IMG/VR virus record: IMGVR_UViG_3300036770_004836 | Location: 1 to 52,337 of that record | Strand: one strand, 5' to 3' | DNA length: 52,337 nucleotides | DNA from: a virus | Lineage: Duplodnaviria > Caudoviricetes | Shown: piece after piece, positions 29,171-38,715 of the stretch | How positions within the stretch are numbered: position 1 is the stretch's first letter | Layout of the letters: every line of letters begins with the position of its first letter | The notes under the pieces: generated by a model | Databases searched by the model: none | What the model was told of the DNA's origin: nothing | Seen by the model: only the letters and a program-made list of their open reading frames with translations | Translations under genes and position numbers: made by a program

Positions 29171-30499
29171 TTATATTAATTTTTTGTTTTGTCGTTCATA
29201 TTCATTAAGGTCTTTTCCAAATATTTGCTCTACAATATTAAAAGCGTATGGTGTTTTTTTCGAAGCATTATGTTCTAAAGTATTATAATTATGTTTCAAA
29301 ACATTTTCCATATCTTTGTATATGTTTAACTTATTTTTTTCTTTATCAAATTGTTTCAAACTTTCGATAATCGCATCCATTCTCTTATTGTCGGATAAAG
29401 AATCATAACTCTCATCAATCCATTTAGAAAAAGTTTCGTAACCAAGTTTCTTCATTTCGTGCAAACTATTTTTGTTACCCATCACAATAAATGGATGATA
29501 ACATGAAATAGGTTTGAACATTTTTTCACTAAGAAATACAGTACCCTGCGAATCCTCAAATTGCGCCTCACTAATAACAGATATCCAACTATCCAAATGA
29601 GGTTGTTCGTATATTCTTCTTATATAATATCCAGTGTCCAACAACTCATTTGATTTACCATACAAATCACAAGGTAAAATATTTTGTACTTCAGAGAAAA
29701 TATTTTGGTCAATTTCCATCCCACAATATTCTCTTTGGTGAGGTGCGAACTTATTCATACTTATCAGACCTTCTTCTAACAAATTATGTTGATATAGTTT
29801 TACAAAGAACCAAATTCGATGCTCTCTAGGTTTTTTGTTTAGATTGTTGAATAACTTGATGTTGTTGAAGTTACTTGTCTTATATTCCAAATGTTCTTCA
29901 TATGTTTTAAGTGGCGTATTTTCCCATCGAAGATGTCTGATTTCCCCAAACACATCACTTTCAAAATGAGAATAAGGAAGAACATGAATTTTGATATATT
30001 GCGGATTTTGTTCTAACCACATGTTATATCTGTCTTCAACAATTGAATTACCTGTCACAAAAAATATTTGATTAGGAGAGATATTATAATCCCTACATTC
30101 GTTATGAAAAAAATCGAAAATCCAATCACAATGGTAACCCTCAAAACTTGAATCAATCAGTAAATACGCATTCCCAATTTGTAAATCTCGAAGATATGTT
30201 TCACTCAAAAATTCAAAAAAACTTTGGACAGAGCTGTCAGGTGAATACTTTCCTCCTGCCCACATTTCAGGATCATTATTTACCCCGACAGGTATAATGT
30301 ATTTATCGGGTTTATTCTTCATTGAAAATTCTAAAAAGGTATCTTTATAATTTTCATTTAATCCCCGTAAGCAAACCATTCTATTGTATAATGGAGCTAC
30401 AGTAAATCTATCTGACCCAGCTTTATTTGTGACCCAGTTTTCAACAAAATTTCGACTTTGTTCTAAATCCTCGAATACAAAATTCATATACCTTTCCAA
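29171..30499 (-). CDS. Putative glycosyltransferase, GT10-like phage paralog family
   Basis: LNKKPREHR...SVISEA...LSEKMFKPI...PFIVMG...GYETFSKWIDESYD. Confidence 0.55.
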   Translation of the reverse strand: MERYMNFVFEDLEQSRNFVENWVTNKAGSDRFTVAPLYNRMVCLRGLNENYKDTFLEFSMKNKPDKYIIPVGVNNDPEMWAGGKYSPDSSVQSFFEFLSETYLRDLQIGNAYLLIDSSFEGYHCDWIFDFFHNECRDYNISPNQIFFVTGNSIVEDRYNMWLEQNPQYIKIHVLPYSHFESDVFGEIRHLRWENTPLKTYEEHLEYKTSNFNNIKLFNNLNKKPREHRIWFFVKLYQHNLLEEGLISMNKFAPHQREYCGMEIDQNIFSEVQNILPCDLYGKSNELLDTGYYIRRIYEQPHLDSWISVISEAQFEDSQGTVFLSEKMFKPISCYHPFIVMGNKNSLHEMKKLGYETFSKWIDESYDSLSDNKRMDAIIESLKQFDKEKNKLNIYKDMENVLKHNYNTLEHNASKKTPYAFNIVEQIFGKDLNEYERQNKKLI

Positions 30500-32607
30500 A
30501 TTTTTATTAATATTTCTTCGATTGGTTTTTTATTATTTGACCAACCGTGTCCATCATAATCATATTTATTTTTTATTATTTCCACAAATTTCATTCTGTT
30601 ATACAAACAAACTTCACGCATTTCTTCACGTATAGTTTTCAACTCTTCAATACTTTTAGTTTTGAATTTATTTAACTCTTGTATAATCATATCAATTTTT
30701 TTGTGATGGTCATGTTCTAAATCATAACTTTCATCTATCCACTTATCAAAAGTTTTATACCCTTGTTCTTTCAAATAAGATAATGTATTGACATTACCTA
30801 ATACAATAAATGGATGTCCAGTAACAATTGGTTTCCAGATTTTTTCAGACATGAATAAAATTGATGTGTCTATCAATGTTTCAGTAACCAAAGAAATAAA
30901 TGTCGATCTATGGTCCGAAAATTCAATATTCGCAGCCCAATTTATATCCAAAGTTCTATCCAATTCTATTGGAGTCATTTCAGATAACTCTTGGTATTCC
31001 CCGTAAGGTTCAAACTTTCCTAAACTTACTTTACCTATGTTGAACAAATCATTTTTTATTAACTCATTTACTAAATGTATTCTATGAGGTCTAGGATTTC
31101 TATTATATGATAATAAAAAATATTTCCCATCAATGGGTTCAAACTCAACAATTTCATTTTTCAACAATCTGTAATCAACCCATGAATCAAATATGGATAT
31201 CGGATGACACTGGAATCCTAAACCTCTTTGTTTTCTAACTTCATCGACTAACAAATTTCCATGTATATAATGAATTCCACTATCAGGCAAATTTGCTTCT
31301 TTAATCCAACCATCGATAGTTTCCAAATCATTATTATAAATGTTCATACCACTATAACCTTCGAACTGATGAATCATCACAATCTTCGCTCTGTGCTCAC
31401 GAACATCATTCAAATATTTTTCGGAAATACATTTGAATCCGATATCTTTGTTTTTTCGAAAGAAATTGTTATCGTAAACATTTATAAGATATAAATGTTT
31501 TTTATGTTCTGTATCTGATTTGGTTATATAGTTTACGTTATCGCCATAGTTTACCAAAATATTTTCCCTTAAAACATTATCACCCCAAACTTTATTTCCA
31601 TTTTCAATATCAAATAAATTCCAAACCCCCCATGCTTTAGGATAATCAAAAAGTCCAGTTTCTTTTAGATACCAAGATTTTGACGCGCCATTAGGTCTGT
31701 AATAATCAAATAAAGTGTCCCAATCTTCGAGAGAACATTCAATCTTATCATCTTCCATTAACTCTCGTATTCCATCTTCAAATGTAATATAGTTAAATTG
31801 GATATGGGCACTTAAGTTTGAAAAATCTACTTTGTATGAACGACTATCTTCACTGTAAATTACTTCATAATTCAAATCAGGTTTAACTGTTTGTTTTATT
31901 CTTTCAATTAAATCATTTTTATTTATGTTCAGTTCATTTTTACCAACATTAATAATCGTGTCGTTGTAATCTCCTTCAATGATGCTTTTGAGTATTCTAA
32001 CACAATCTTTTACATGTAAATGGGGTCTTTCAGCTTTTGGGTCGAAAATTTCAATAGGTTTATTTTGTTTAATATCTTGAATCAAATTATTAATTAATAC
32101 ATCATTCCTATTTAATTTACTTACCCCATACAATGTTGATAGTCGAACAATTTTGAATTTTGGGTTATTTTTAGATAAAAGTATATTTTCACAAGATATT
32201 TTCAATTCCGAATATAACGACGAAATTTGAGTATCCGATTGTTCATTAACCACATCTAATCTTTTACCATATACACTACAACTACTTGTAAAAATAAATC
32301 TTGTGTTTTTATTTTCAATTAGATTGATAGTTTTCTCAAATTGAGAAATCGGCTCTTTAAGTTGTGACTTGTCAGTTAACTCTAATAATCGAGGAGAAGC
32401 CAAATAAACCACCACATCTTGCGAATTTAACAACTCTTTGTGTTTTTCTATATTTGAAACATCATCATGGATTATTTCAACATTTTTTTTCAAAAATGTT
32501 ATATTACTGTAAAGAAACTTGTCATATACCGTTACATCACAGTCGTTCAAACTGTTAGATAACGGTATCCCCAAATATCCTGCGCCTCCAATTATTAAAA
32601 TTTTCAT
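30484..32607 (-). CDS. Fusion of NAD-dependent epimerase/dehydratase and GT10-like paralog-family domain
   Basis: N-terminal IIGGAGYLG, SSCSVYG, YSELK; C-terminal YNRNPRPHR...LVTET...MSEKIWKPI...PFIVLG...GYKTFDKWIDESYD. Confidence 0.7.
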   Translation of the reverse strand: MKILIIGGAGYLGIPLSNSLNDCDVTVYDKFLYSNITFLKKNVEIIHDDVSNIEKHKELLNSQDVVVYLASPRLLELTDKSQLKEPISQFEKTINLIENKNTRFIFTSSCSVYGKRLDVVNEQSDTQISSLYSELKISCENILLSKNNPKFKIVRLSTLYGVSKLNRNDVLINNLIQDIKQNKPIEIFDPKAERPHLHVKDCVRILKSIIEGDYNDTIINVGKNELNINKNDLIERIKQTVKPDLNYEVIYSEDSRSYKVDFSNLSAHIQFNYITFEDGIRELMEDDKIECSLEDWDTLFDYYRPNGASKSWYLKETGLFDYPKAWGVWNLFDIENGNKVWGDNVLRENILVNYGDNVNYITKSDTEHKKHLYLINVYDNNFFRKNKDIGFKCISEKYLNDVREHRAKIVMIHQFEGYSGMNIYNNDLETIDGWIKEANLPDSGIHYIHGNLLVDEVRKQRGLGFQCHPISIFDSWVDYRLLKNEIVEFEPIDGKYFLLSYNRNPRPHRIHLVNELIKNDLFNIGKVSLGKFEPYGEYQELSEMTPIELDRTLDINWAANIEFSDHRSTFISLVTETLIDTSILFMSEKIWKPIVTGHPFIVLGNVNTLSYLKEQGYKTFDKWIDESYDLEHDHHKKIDMIIQELNKFKTKSIEELKTIREEMREVCLYNRMKFVEIIKNKYDYDGHGWSNNKKPIEEILIKIWKGI

Positions 32608-32608
32608 A

Positions 32609-33619
32609 TTAATCTCGTAATGTTTCTGTAGTAACGCAATGAAAAGATCCTCCCAATGTTCTTGAGTGCCTAATATTACAATCTAAAGTATCTATATTAT
32701 ATTTTTTTAACTCTTTAATCAATTCAGTTTGTCTGTTATCTAAAATTACAGTATTTTCATCTACCGAGAGTAAATTTATCCCTACCCACACAGAAGCTCT
32801 TTCAACTTTATGATAACCAATATCGACCATATCAGGGGACCAAATTTTATCCCACGATTTCAACATTTCAGGCATGTTATTATCATTAATTCTTGCTGGA
32901 TTCAAAAGACAAAGTCCCTCTCTCAACAACGCTATTGTCGAGTCCAAATGAGAATATGAATACAAGTTCTCCAAAACATGTACTTTATATTCTGAACCCA
33001 ACAAATTCTGAAGCCACTTGGCTCCTAATTTATTTCCAGTGTTACTAACAAGATAAAGAATATCATTGTTGGACCTTAAAATATTTGCAGCATCGAACAC
33101 AGGTTCTTTTTCAGTCAAAGTTAATTTAGACAAATCTTCCCTTTGATAAAGATCGTCTTTCAACATTGGTTTTGGTGCCGCAACCCATCTTGCTCCTCCC
33201 TCCATGTACTTTATAAAATCTTCTCTAAATGAATATGTTTCAAATTGACGAGATCTCAAAGTCATTGGTGCCTCTATAATTGTATTCCCAATCACGGTGA
33301 CAGTATCTCTTGGGCAAAAAGTATAATACTGGTCAGTTTCCCAAAACCCATTACTAATCGTTGAGGTGGTGTTTATCGTTGTAGGTCTTTTTACATTAAC
33401 ACCGCAATCTTTTAAGATGTTAACTAATTTGTCTAAATCTTCTCGAGTTTCTTCATAAACTTTATCATCGAAAAAACCTAATTCATTCGAAGGGATACTT
33501 TCTTTGTCAGCATAATTTATAGCATGAAGGTCAACCCCATGCTTTGGCATGTTTGCATTATCGATTGTTCCAACGAAAACTTCTCTTAATTTACCCCACT
33601 CATTTTTAACTGAAACCAT
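32609..33619 (-). CDS. Amidinotransferase (glycine / scyllo-inosamine-phosphate amidinotransferase family)
   Basis: NEWGKLREVFVG, CPRD, FDAAN, HLDST, GGSFHCVT (catalytic Asp/His/Cys). Confidence 0.9.
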   Translation of the reverse strand: MVSVKNEWGKLREVFVGTIDNANMPKHGVDLHAINYADKESIPSNELGFFDDKVYEETREDLDKLVNILKDCGVNVKRPTTINTTSTISNGFWETDQYYTFCPRDTVTVIGNTIIEAPMTLRSRQFETYSFREDFIKYMEGGARWVAAPKPMLKDDLYQREDLSKLTLTEKEPVFDAANILRSNNDILYLVSNTGNKLGAKWLQNLLGSEYKVHVLENLYSYSHLDSTIALLREGLCLLNPARINDNNMPEMLKSWDKIWSPDMVDIGYHKVERASVWVGINLLSVDENTVILDNRQTELIKELKKYNIDTLDCNIRHSRTLGGSFHCVTTETLRD

Positions 33620-34436
33620 TTTTTATTTTTTCTAATATTTTATCTACAACTATATCTTGTGATAGGTGGCCATTGTGTGACCCATCCCTACCTTTAACTT
33701 CAAAACAATCTTGTATTTGTTCAACCTCGACCGTGTTATGAAATAATTCTGATTTTTTCAAATTAAAATCATCCCCCCATGTCCAATGATAAACAGGTAC
33801 CCCAACTGTTTTCCATAAATTATGACATGTCAATGTTGAAACATTACTCTGTTTAATTAATTCCCCTTCATTAGCCACAAACCCTTCGTTGTACCAATCG
33901 AAATACTTTTTATAATTTTTTGGATAAACTTCTTTAGGATATGAAATCGAAAATGTTTCGAGATTAATTAAATTGGATTCGTGATAGAACATATACGAAG
34001 TTCTATTTTCGAATGTCCATTGATATACGACATATTTGGGGAGTTTGCCATTTTTTAATACGAAGTTATGAAAAAGAATCGTATTATAAAATACTATGTC
34101 AGGTCCAGATCCTCCAATACTTAAATTGAAAACGTCCATGTTCAATTCATTCGCCAACTTTGTGGACCACATATCATCATAGTGTAAACCAATTCCCTCT
34201 GTAAATGAACATCCTAAAACTAGAATGTAATCATCATTCAACTCAGAAAATTCTTTCGATCGGTACCCCCAAGAGTTATACTTATATTCAATGTCTTTAT
34301 CATAATAATACCAATCTTTACCGAGTTTTTCTTTCAATATCAGAAAATTTTCTTCACTATCAGTTTGTGCAAAATCTAATGTTTTGTTCGACTTTGGGGG
34401 AATATGAATGACGGGTACTTCTTTATTTAATTGCAT
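33606..34436 (-). CDS. SGNH hydrolase-like protein
   Basis: YNSWGYRS, VLGCSFTEGIG, NLSIGGSG, QWT...R, RDGSHNG. Confidence 0.7.
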   Translation of the reverse strand: MQLNKEVPVIHIPPKSNKTLDFAQTDSEENFLILKEKLGKDWYYYDKDIEYKYNSWGYRSKEFSELNDDYILVLGCSFTEGIGLHYDDMWSTKLANELNMDVFNLSIGGSGPDIVFYNTILFHNFVLKNGKLPKYVVYQWTFENRTSYMFYHESNLINLETFSISYPKEVYPKNYKKYFDWYNEGFVANEGELIKQSNVSTLTCHNLWKTVGVPVYHWTWGDDFNLKKSELFHNTVEVEQIQDCFEVKGRDGSHNGHLSQDIVVDKILEKIKNGFS

Positions 34437-35112
34437 TGAATATTTTATTATCTCTCAAATCTTTATATGATGTGTGGTTGTGAGAATCCTCGTTTACTTC
34501 TGAAATATTATCCATGAGAAGGATTCCTCTTGCAGCATCTTCTGGTGTCATATACATGTGCCACCCTAACATTTCAATATCATCGTCCAAATAGTTCTTA
34601 TCTAAATCTCTACCATCATAACATGCCTTTTTGAACCATTTGTATGCTTCATAGTCATCACACAAAATCATACCCCCTCTTCCAATTGGTAACCTTTTTT
34701 TTATTTGAAATGATAACGACATAAACCCCCCAGTATACATATCTTTAGTCCATCGTCCTGCAGCATCCCATACATTCAAAGGTTCCAAATCATATGTTCC
34801 TGACCATTGTTTTTCAATGAACTCGAACTGATATCCTGCATGTAAAATCTGCATTGGGACCGACACATATGTGTAATATGGAATTTTTATTTTCTGTGGT
34901 TTATCAATATACTTCAGAATAAGGAATATCGCATTACTACAACAATCAACCGCAACCGCAAACTTTGAACCACAAAAATCCGCAACTTTCTTTTCAAAAA
35001 TATCAACGACTTCTGCAGGATTTATGAAAGAATAACCCTTGTCCTTAATTTGTTGAAGTTCAGGTCTTTGTAGTTCAACAGGTAATTGCCCCAATGGCCA
35101 TTGTTTATACAT
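34423..35112 (-). CDS. DegT/DnrJ/StrS family PLP-dependent aminotransferase (short form)
   Basis: FEKKVADFCG..FAVAVD, TYVSV, WDAA, SFQIKK.LPIGRGGMIL, YDGR. Confidence 0.8.
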   Translation of the reverse strand: MYKQWPLGQLPVELQRPELQQIKDKGYSFINPAEVVDIFEKKVADFCGSKFAVAVDCCSNAIFLILKYIDKPQKIKIPYYTYVSVPMQILHAGYQFEFIEKQWSGTYDLEPLNVWDAAGRWTKDMYTGGFMSLSFQIKKRLPIGRGGMILCDDYEAYKWFKKACYDGRDLDKNYLDDDIEMLGWHMYMTPEDAARGILLMDNISEVNEDSHNHTSYKDLRDNKIFNAIK

Positions 35113-36145
35113 TACGGAATGATTTTTTGTATTTCTTTTTTATTTCATTCCAATCATCAGTGACAAATGCACTTCCTTTTTTTACATAATTTTCAGCAAA
35201 AGTAGACCATGTAGATGTAGGTACCTTAATCAAAAACTTACAGAAAGATAAACTAAATAAATCAACTAAATTTTCAACAACATTACCATACTCGAGTTCA
35301 CTTTTTTTCAATCCCGCAGTAATTACATAATCATACACAATATTCAGTATACTGTTCTTGTCAATTAAATTATTACGATATCTCTCATAAAAATATTCCA
35401 TAATTTCATTAGGTAAATCAGAGCTGATGTAAAATTTTTGATTTGGATTTAGTTCGAGAATATTGTCCATTATATTGAAATATAATTCATCTCTGTGAAA
35501 TGAATAGAAATGATCGGATTGATATCTGGTAACTCTTTTTACTAACTTATATCTATCTCGGACTTCTTCGGGGATACTATTCAAATCATCTTCATCATAT
35601 GGAATACCATTACCTCTTCTTATGTGTATACCAACCGCATCTTTTACCTGATACTTTATTGACTCTTCAACACTTTTATATCTAAGTTTAATTTCTTTAA
35701 GAGGTCTATCCATCATAGCAACAGTTTCCTTTGGATACAAATCACTTAGTTCTTTATATCCAAAATTACTGTAATAATGTCCTCCTGTTTCTAATTTACA
35801 ACTATCTTCTCCAAACATTTTGGCAATCTTATCATAAGATAAAGGTTCCGCCATGTCGATTTCGTTGTTTACCGTATCATAAACCGCAATAAACTTCAAC
35901 TTTTCCAAATCATAAGGATCTCCTTCGATATTTGTAAAAAATTTAGTTTTTGGAAGCTCGATTAATTTATACTCAGGCCAATACTTCTCTTCCAATATAA
36001 TGTGGTAATCAAAGTTATTGTTCTTGTTAATTTCATGAGCGACTTCCCAATGGAAAATTCTGTTACATAATCCAGTGTCTTCAGTAGTTTTAACCCAACC
36101 ACCAAATGGCTCAACCCATCTTAATGTATTTTTATATTCCGCCAT
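35105..36145 (-). CDS. Fucosyltransferase-superfamily (GT11/GT23/O-FucT-like) glycosyltransferase
   Basis: GLCNR, GIHIRRG, FYISSD, DLFSLSFC..LI....STWS. Confidence 0.7.
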   Translation of the reverse strand: MAEYKNTLRWVEPFGGWVKTTEDTGLCNRIFHWEVAHEINKNNNFDYHIILEEKYWPEYKLIELPKTKFFTNIEGDPYDLEKLKFIAVYDTVNNEIDMAEPLSYDKIAKMFGEDSCKLETGGHYYSNFGYKELSDLYPKETVAMMDRPLKEIKLRYKSVEESIKYQVKDAVGIHIRRGNGIPYDEDDLNSIPEEVRDRYKLVKRVTRYQSDHFYSFHRDELYFNIMDNILELNPNQKFYISSDLPNEIMEYFYERYRNNLIDKNSILNIVYDYVITAGLKKSELEYGNVVENLVDLFSLSFCKFLIKVPTSTWSTFAENYVKKGSAFVTDDWNEIKKKYKKSFRNV

Positions 36146-37247
36146 TTATGAAAATATTATTATATTTTTCAATTATTTTATCAATATCTTCAGTTGCATC
36201 CAACGATGGTTGATGTCGATACTCTTCAGCGAATTCACTCCAAGTTGATTTATTTGATTTAATCAGAAAACCACAATAACTTAATGAAAATAAATCAACA
36301 ATATTTTCAACCACGTTTCCAAATGTCTTTAACCTATAAACATCATGGTTATTATCAACTAAAAATTCATTTATTAATTTAATTGTATTTGAATTATCGA
36401 CAAGATTATCAGAGTATTTTTTATAAAACTGAGTTAAAAGTTTTTTTGGTAAATCGCTACTAATATAAAACTTTTGTGATGGATTAATCTCTAATATTTT
36501 ATCAAAAATTCTAAAATAAACATCATCTCTAACAAACTTATATGCGTTGTGCACTGAATTAGTTTTTTGAATAAATGTTCGATATTGTTCTCTGTTTTCA
36601 TCGGGTAACGATGATATATCCTCTTCACTTACATAAACACCATTATGCCTTCTGATGTGTATTCCCACACATCCTTTAGTAAGATTTTCTACAAGATTTT
36701 GAATAAAAATATATTTAATTTTTATTTTTTGGAGAGGACGCTCCAATAAATTAATTATAGGATACTGAACTGCAAGATTTGGATTATATCTAAAGTTAAG
36801 TAACCTTTTCAAATCATAATATCCGAAATCTGAATGAGCCTCTCTTGGAAATCCATAATCTTCATTGAAAAATGCAGTCTCGATACTTTCTTTAGTTATA
36901 GGTTCAGTCATCGATACTTTCATATTTTCAATATCATATACCGTAAGGAACTTAAGTCTATTAAACTCCATTGGGTGATACAATCCAAATGAAAACTTTT
37001 CCATTTTTACTGGATGAGTATGTGGTAAATCTAATACTTCAAGTTCGGGCCAAAATAAATCTTGTAACAATATATCATAAGAAAAATTGTTTTTTTCATT
37101 AATGAATTCCGCAATTTCCCAATGTAAAATCCTATTACATAATCCAGTGTCGGTCCCAAATTCAGGAGTTACATAATCAAAAAAATTATTATGATGACCC
37201 CAACCATTAAATGGTTCGAGCCATCTTAAAGTACCTTTGTAATACAT
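36132..37247 (-). CDS. Fucosyltransferase-superfamily (GT11/GT23/O-FucT-like) glycosyltransferase; paralog of adjacent gene
   Basis: GLCNR, GIHIRR, FYISSD, DLFSLSYC..LI....STWS. Confidence 0.7.
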   Translation of the reverse strand: MYYKGTLRWLEPFNGWGHHNNFFDYVTPEFGTDTGLCNRILHWEIAEFINEKNNFSYDILLQDLFWPELEVLDLPHTHPVKMEKFSFGLYHPMEFNRLKFLTVYDIENMKVSMTEPITKESIETAFFNEDYGFPREAHSDFGYYDLKRLLNFRYNPNLAVQYPIINLLERPLQKIKIKYIFIQNLVENLTKGCVGIHIRRHNGVYVSEEDISSLPDENREQYRTFIQKTNSVHNAYKFVRDDVYFRIFDKILEINPSQKFYISSDLPKKLLTQFYKKYSDNLVDNSNTIKLINEFLVDNNHDVYRLKTFGNVVENIVDLFSLSYCGFLIKSNKSTWSEFAEEYRHQPSLDATEDIDKIIEKYNNIFINGGI

Positions 37248-37249
37248 TT

Positions 37250-38698
37250 TTACTTATTGTAATTCTCTTTATCTGAGATGTATTCTCCTGGTTCATAATG
37301 TGTAATTCTTCCATCCGTCACTCTTACATCAGGTATGGTTTTGTCAATTTCAATCGAGTTATACCATTCCTCTAATTCAGGGAATGTGTCAACAAAACTT
37401 TTATTTCTTCTTTTATCATATTGAGTATAAAAGCTTTTGAAATCGTGAAATTGCATTTCCATATCGGTCTCGGTCGTGTTATGACCACGATTAACTACCT
37501 CGATATAATCAACCAACCTTTGGATTTGAGCTCCTTCGTACATGTTAATCAATGGATTTTTTTTGTTTTTTCTCCACCACATAGATAGTTTACCGTGAAG
37601 GTCATGTTTGATATCATCAGGTAATGTGAGTGGTGACATGAATGCCGGCCATCGTAGAATGTTGAAATCTACAATAGGTTTATTCCATCCATACTTAGCT
37701 TTAAGTGTCAGCATATCGTCCAAAAATTCAGTAATACTAAACAAACACAAACTATTAATTGTCATCATAATAACAACTTGTCTCACGTTACCTTTCTCAA
37801 TGACTTGAACCAAGTTGTTTCTCCACACATCATACTTCAAACCATCTCTAATGTATTCAGCGTGTACCCCATATGATTCATTACTAGTATAAATGTCAAA
37901 TTCTTTAACATCAATTTCATTTGTTACGTTTATCAACTTATCAATAAATTCTTGACTGACGCCTAAATTAGAATTAATAGCAACTCTTAGGTTTGGTGAT
38001 GGATATTTTTTCACTTCTTCCATGAATTGCCAGAAATTATGACTCATAGTAGGTTCCCCACCAGTAACTCTAATTTCTTGTAATGTTTTTGTTAACTCAG
38101 GCCACCATTCCAAAAATGCCGCAACATATGGATTATTCTCATTATGTTTACCATAAATTTCGGACCAAGAACCATCCGCATAGTACGCGCCAGCACTAGT
38201 GGTTTTGAATTTTTGATACGCGCCATTCTTCTTTATGTCCTTTCCCCACGTTGTGGAATAACCTGAATTACAGTACGAACACGCGAAATTACAAGTACGG
38301 TCAAAACTAACCTCAATAGTTTTTGGAGTAATATCCGCATCCCAAGGAATGTCTTTCAATGCCGCAATTTCTTCTTCAGTATAAATTTGACTTTTATAAA
38401 CTCGGTCGGAAATGTTGTTTCGTCCAATATCTTCAATTTTCCAACAGTATGAACATTCTGCAGGTTTGATACCTTCTAACATCATCTTTCTGATTTCTTT
38501 TTTGAAATCAGTATTGTGTAATGCAGATGGATTTGTTTTTATTTTTTCCAAATCAATTGGATGTGGTAATGGTAGATGACAAGAATTTGTAAATCCGTGA
38601 CCTAAGTGTAAACTTACATTATACCATTTGGCTGCGCAAAAACTGCAACTTACAGAATTTAGGTTTTTATCTCTCCAATTTGCTAATTGTTCTGACAT
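37250..38698 (-). CDS. Radical SAM protein with N-terminal twitch/SPASM-like region
   Basis: CAAKW..SCH..ECSYCW; CNFACSYC; TGGEP; NSNL. Confidence 0.88.
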   Translation of the reverse strand: MSEQLANWRDKNLNSVSCSFCAAKWYNVSLHLGHGFTNSCHLPLPHPIDLEKIKTNPSALHNTDFKKEIRKMMLEGIKPAECSYCWKIEDIGRNNISDRVYKSQIYTEEEIAALKDIPWDADITPKTIEVSFDRTCNFACSYCNSGYSTTWGKDIKKNGAYQKFKTTSAGAYYADGSWSEIYGKHNENNPYVAAFLEWWPELTKTLQEIRVTGGEPTMSHNFWQFMEEVKKYPSPNLRVAINSNLGVSQEFIDKLINVTNEIDVKEFDIYTSNESYGVHAEYIRDGLKYDVWRNNLVQVIEKGNVRQVVIMMTINSLCLFSITEFLDDMLTLKAKYGWNKPIVDFNILRWPAFMSPLTLPDDIKHDLHGKLSMWWRKNKKNPLINMYEGAQIQRLVDYIEVVNRGHNTTETDMEMQFHDFKSFYTQYDKRRNKSFVDTFPELEEWYNSIEIDKTIPDVRVTDGRITHYEPGEYISDKENYNK

Positions 38699-38715
38699 TG
38701 TTTTTTATTAAAAAT

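Noticed and set aside
13273-33619. Saxitoxin-like cluster (carbamoyltransferase, SxtK-like, amidinotransferase, SGNH, dioxygenases)
   Set aside because: No SxtA-type PKS or other core genes; these families are explained by glycan tailoring amid many GTs
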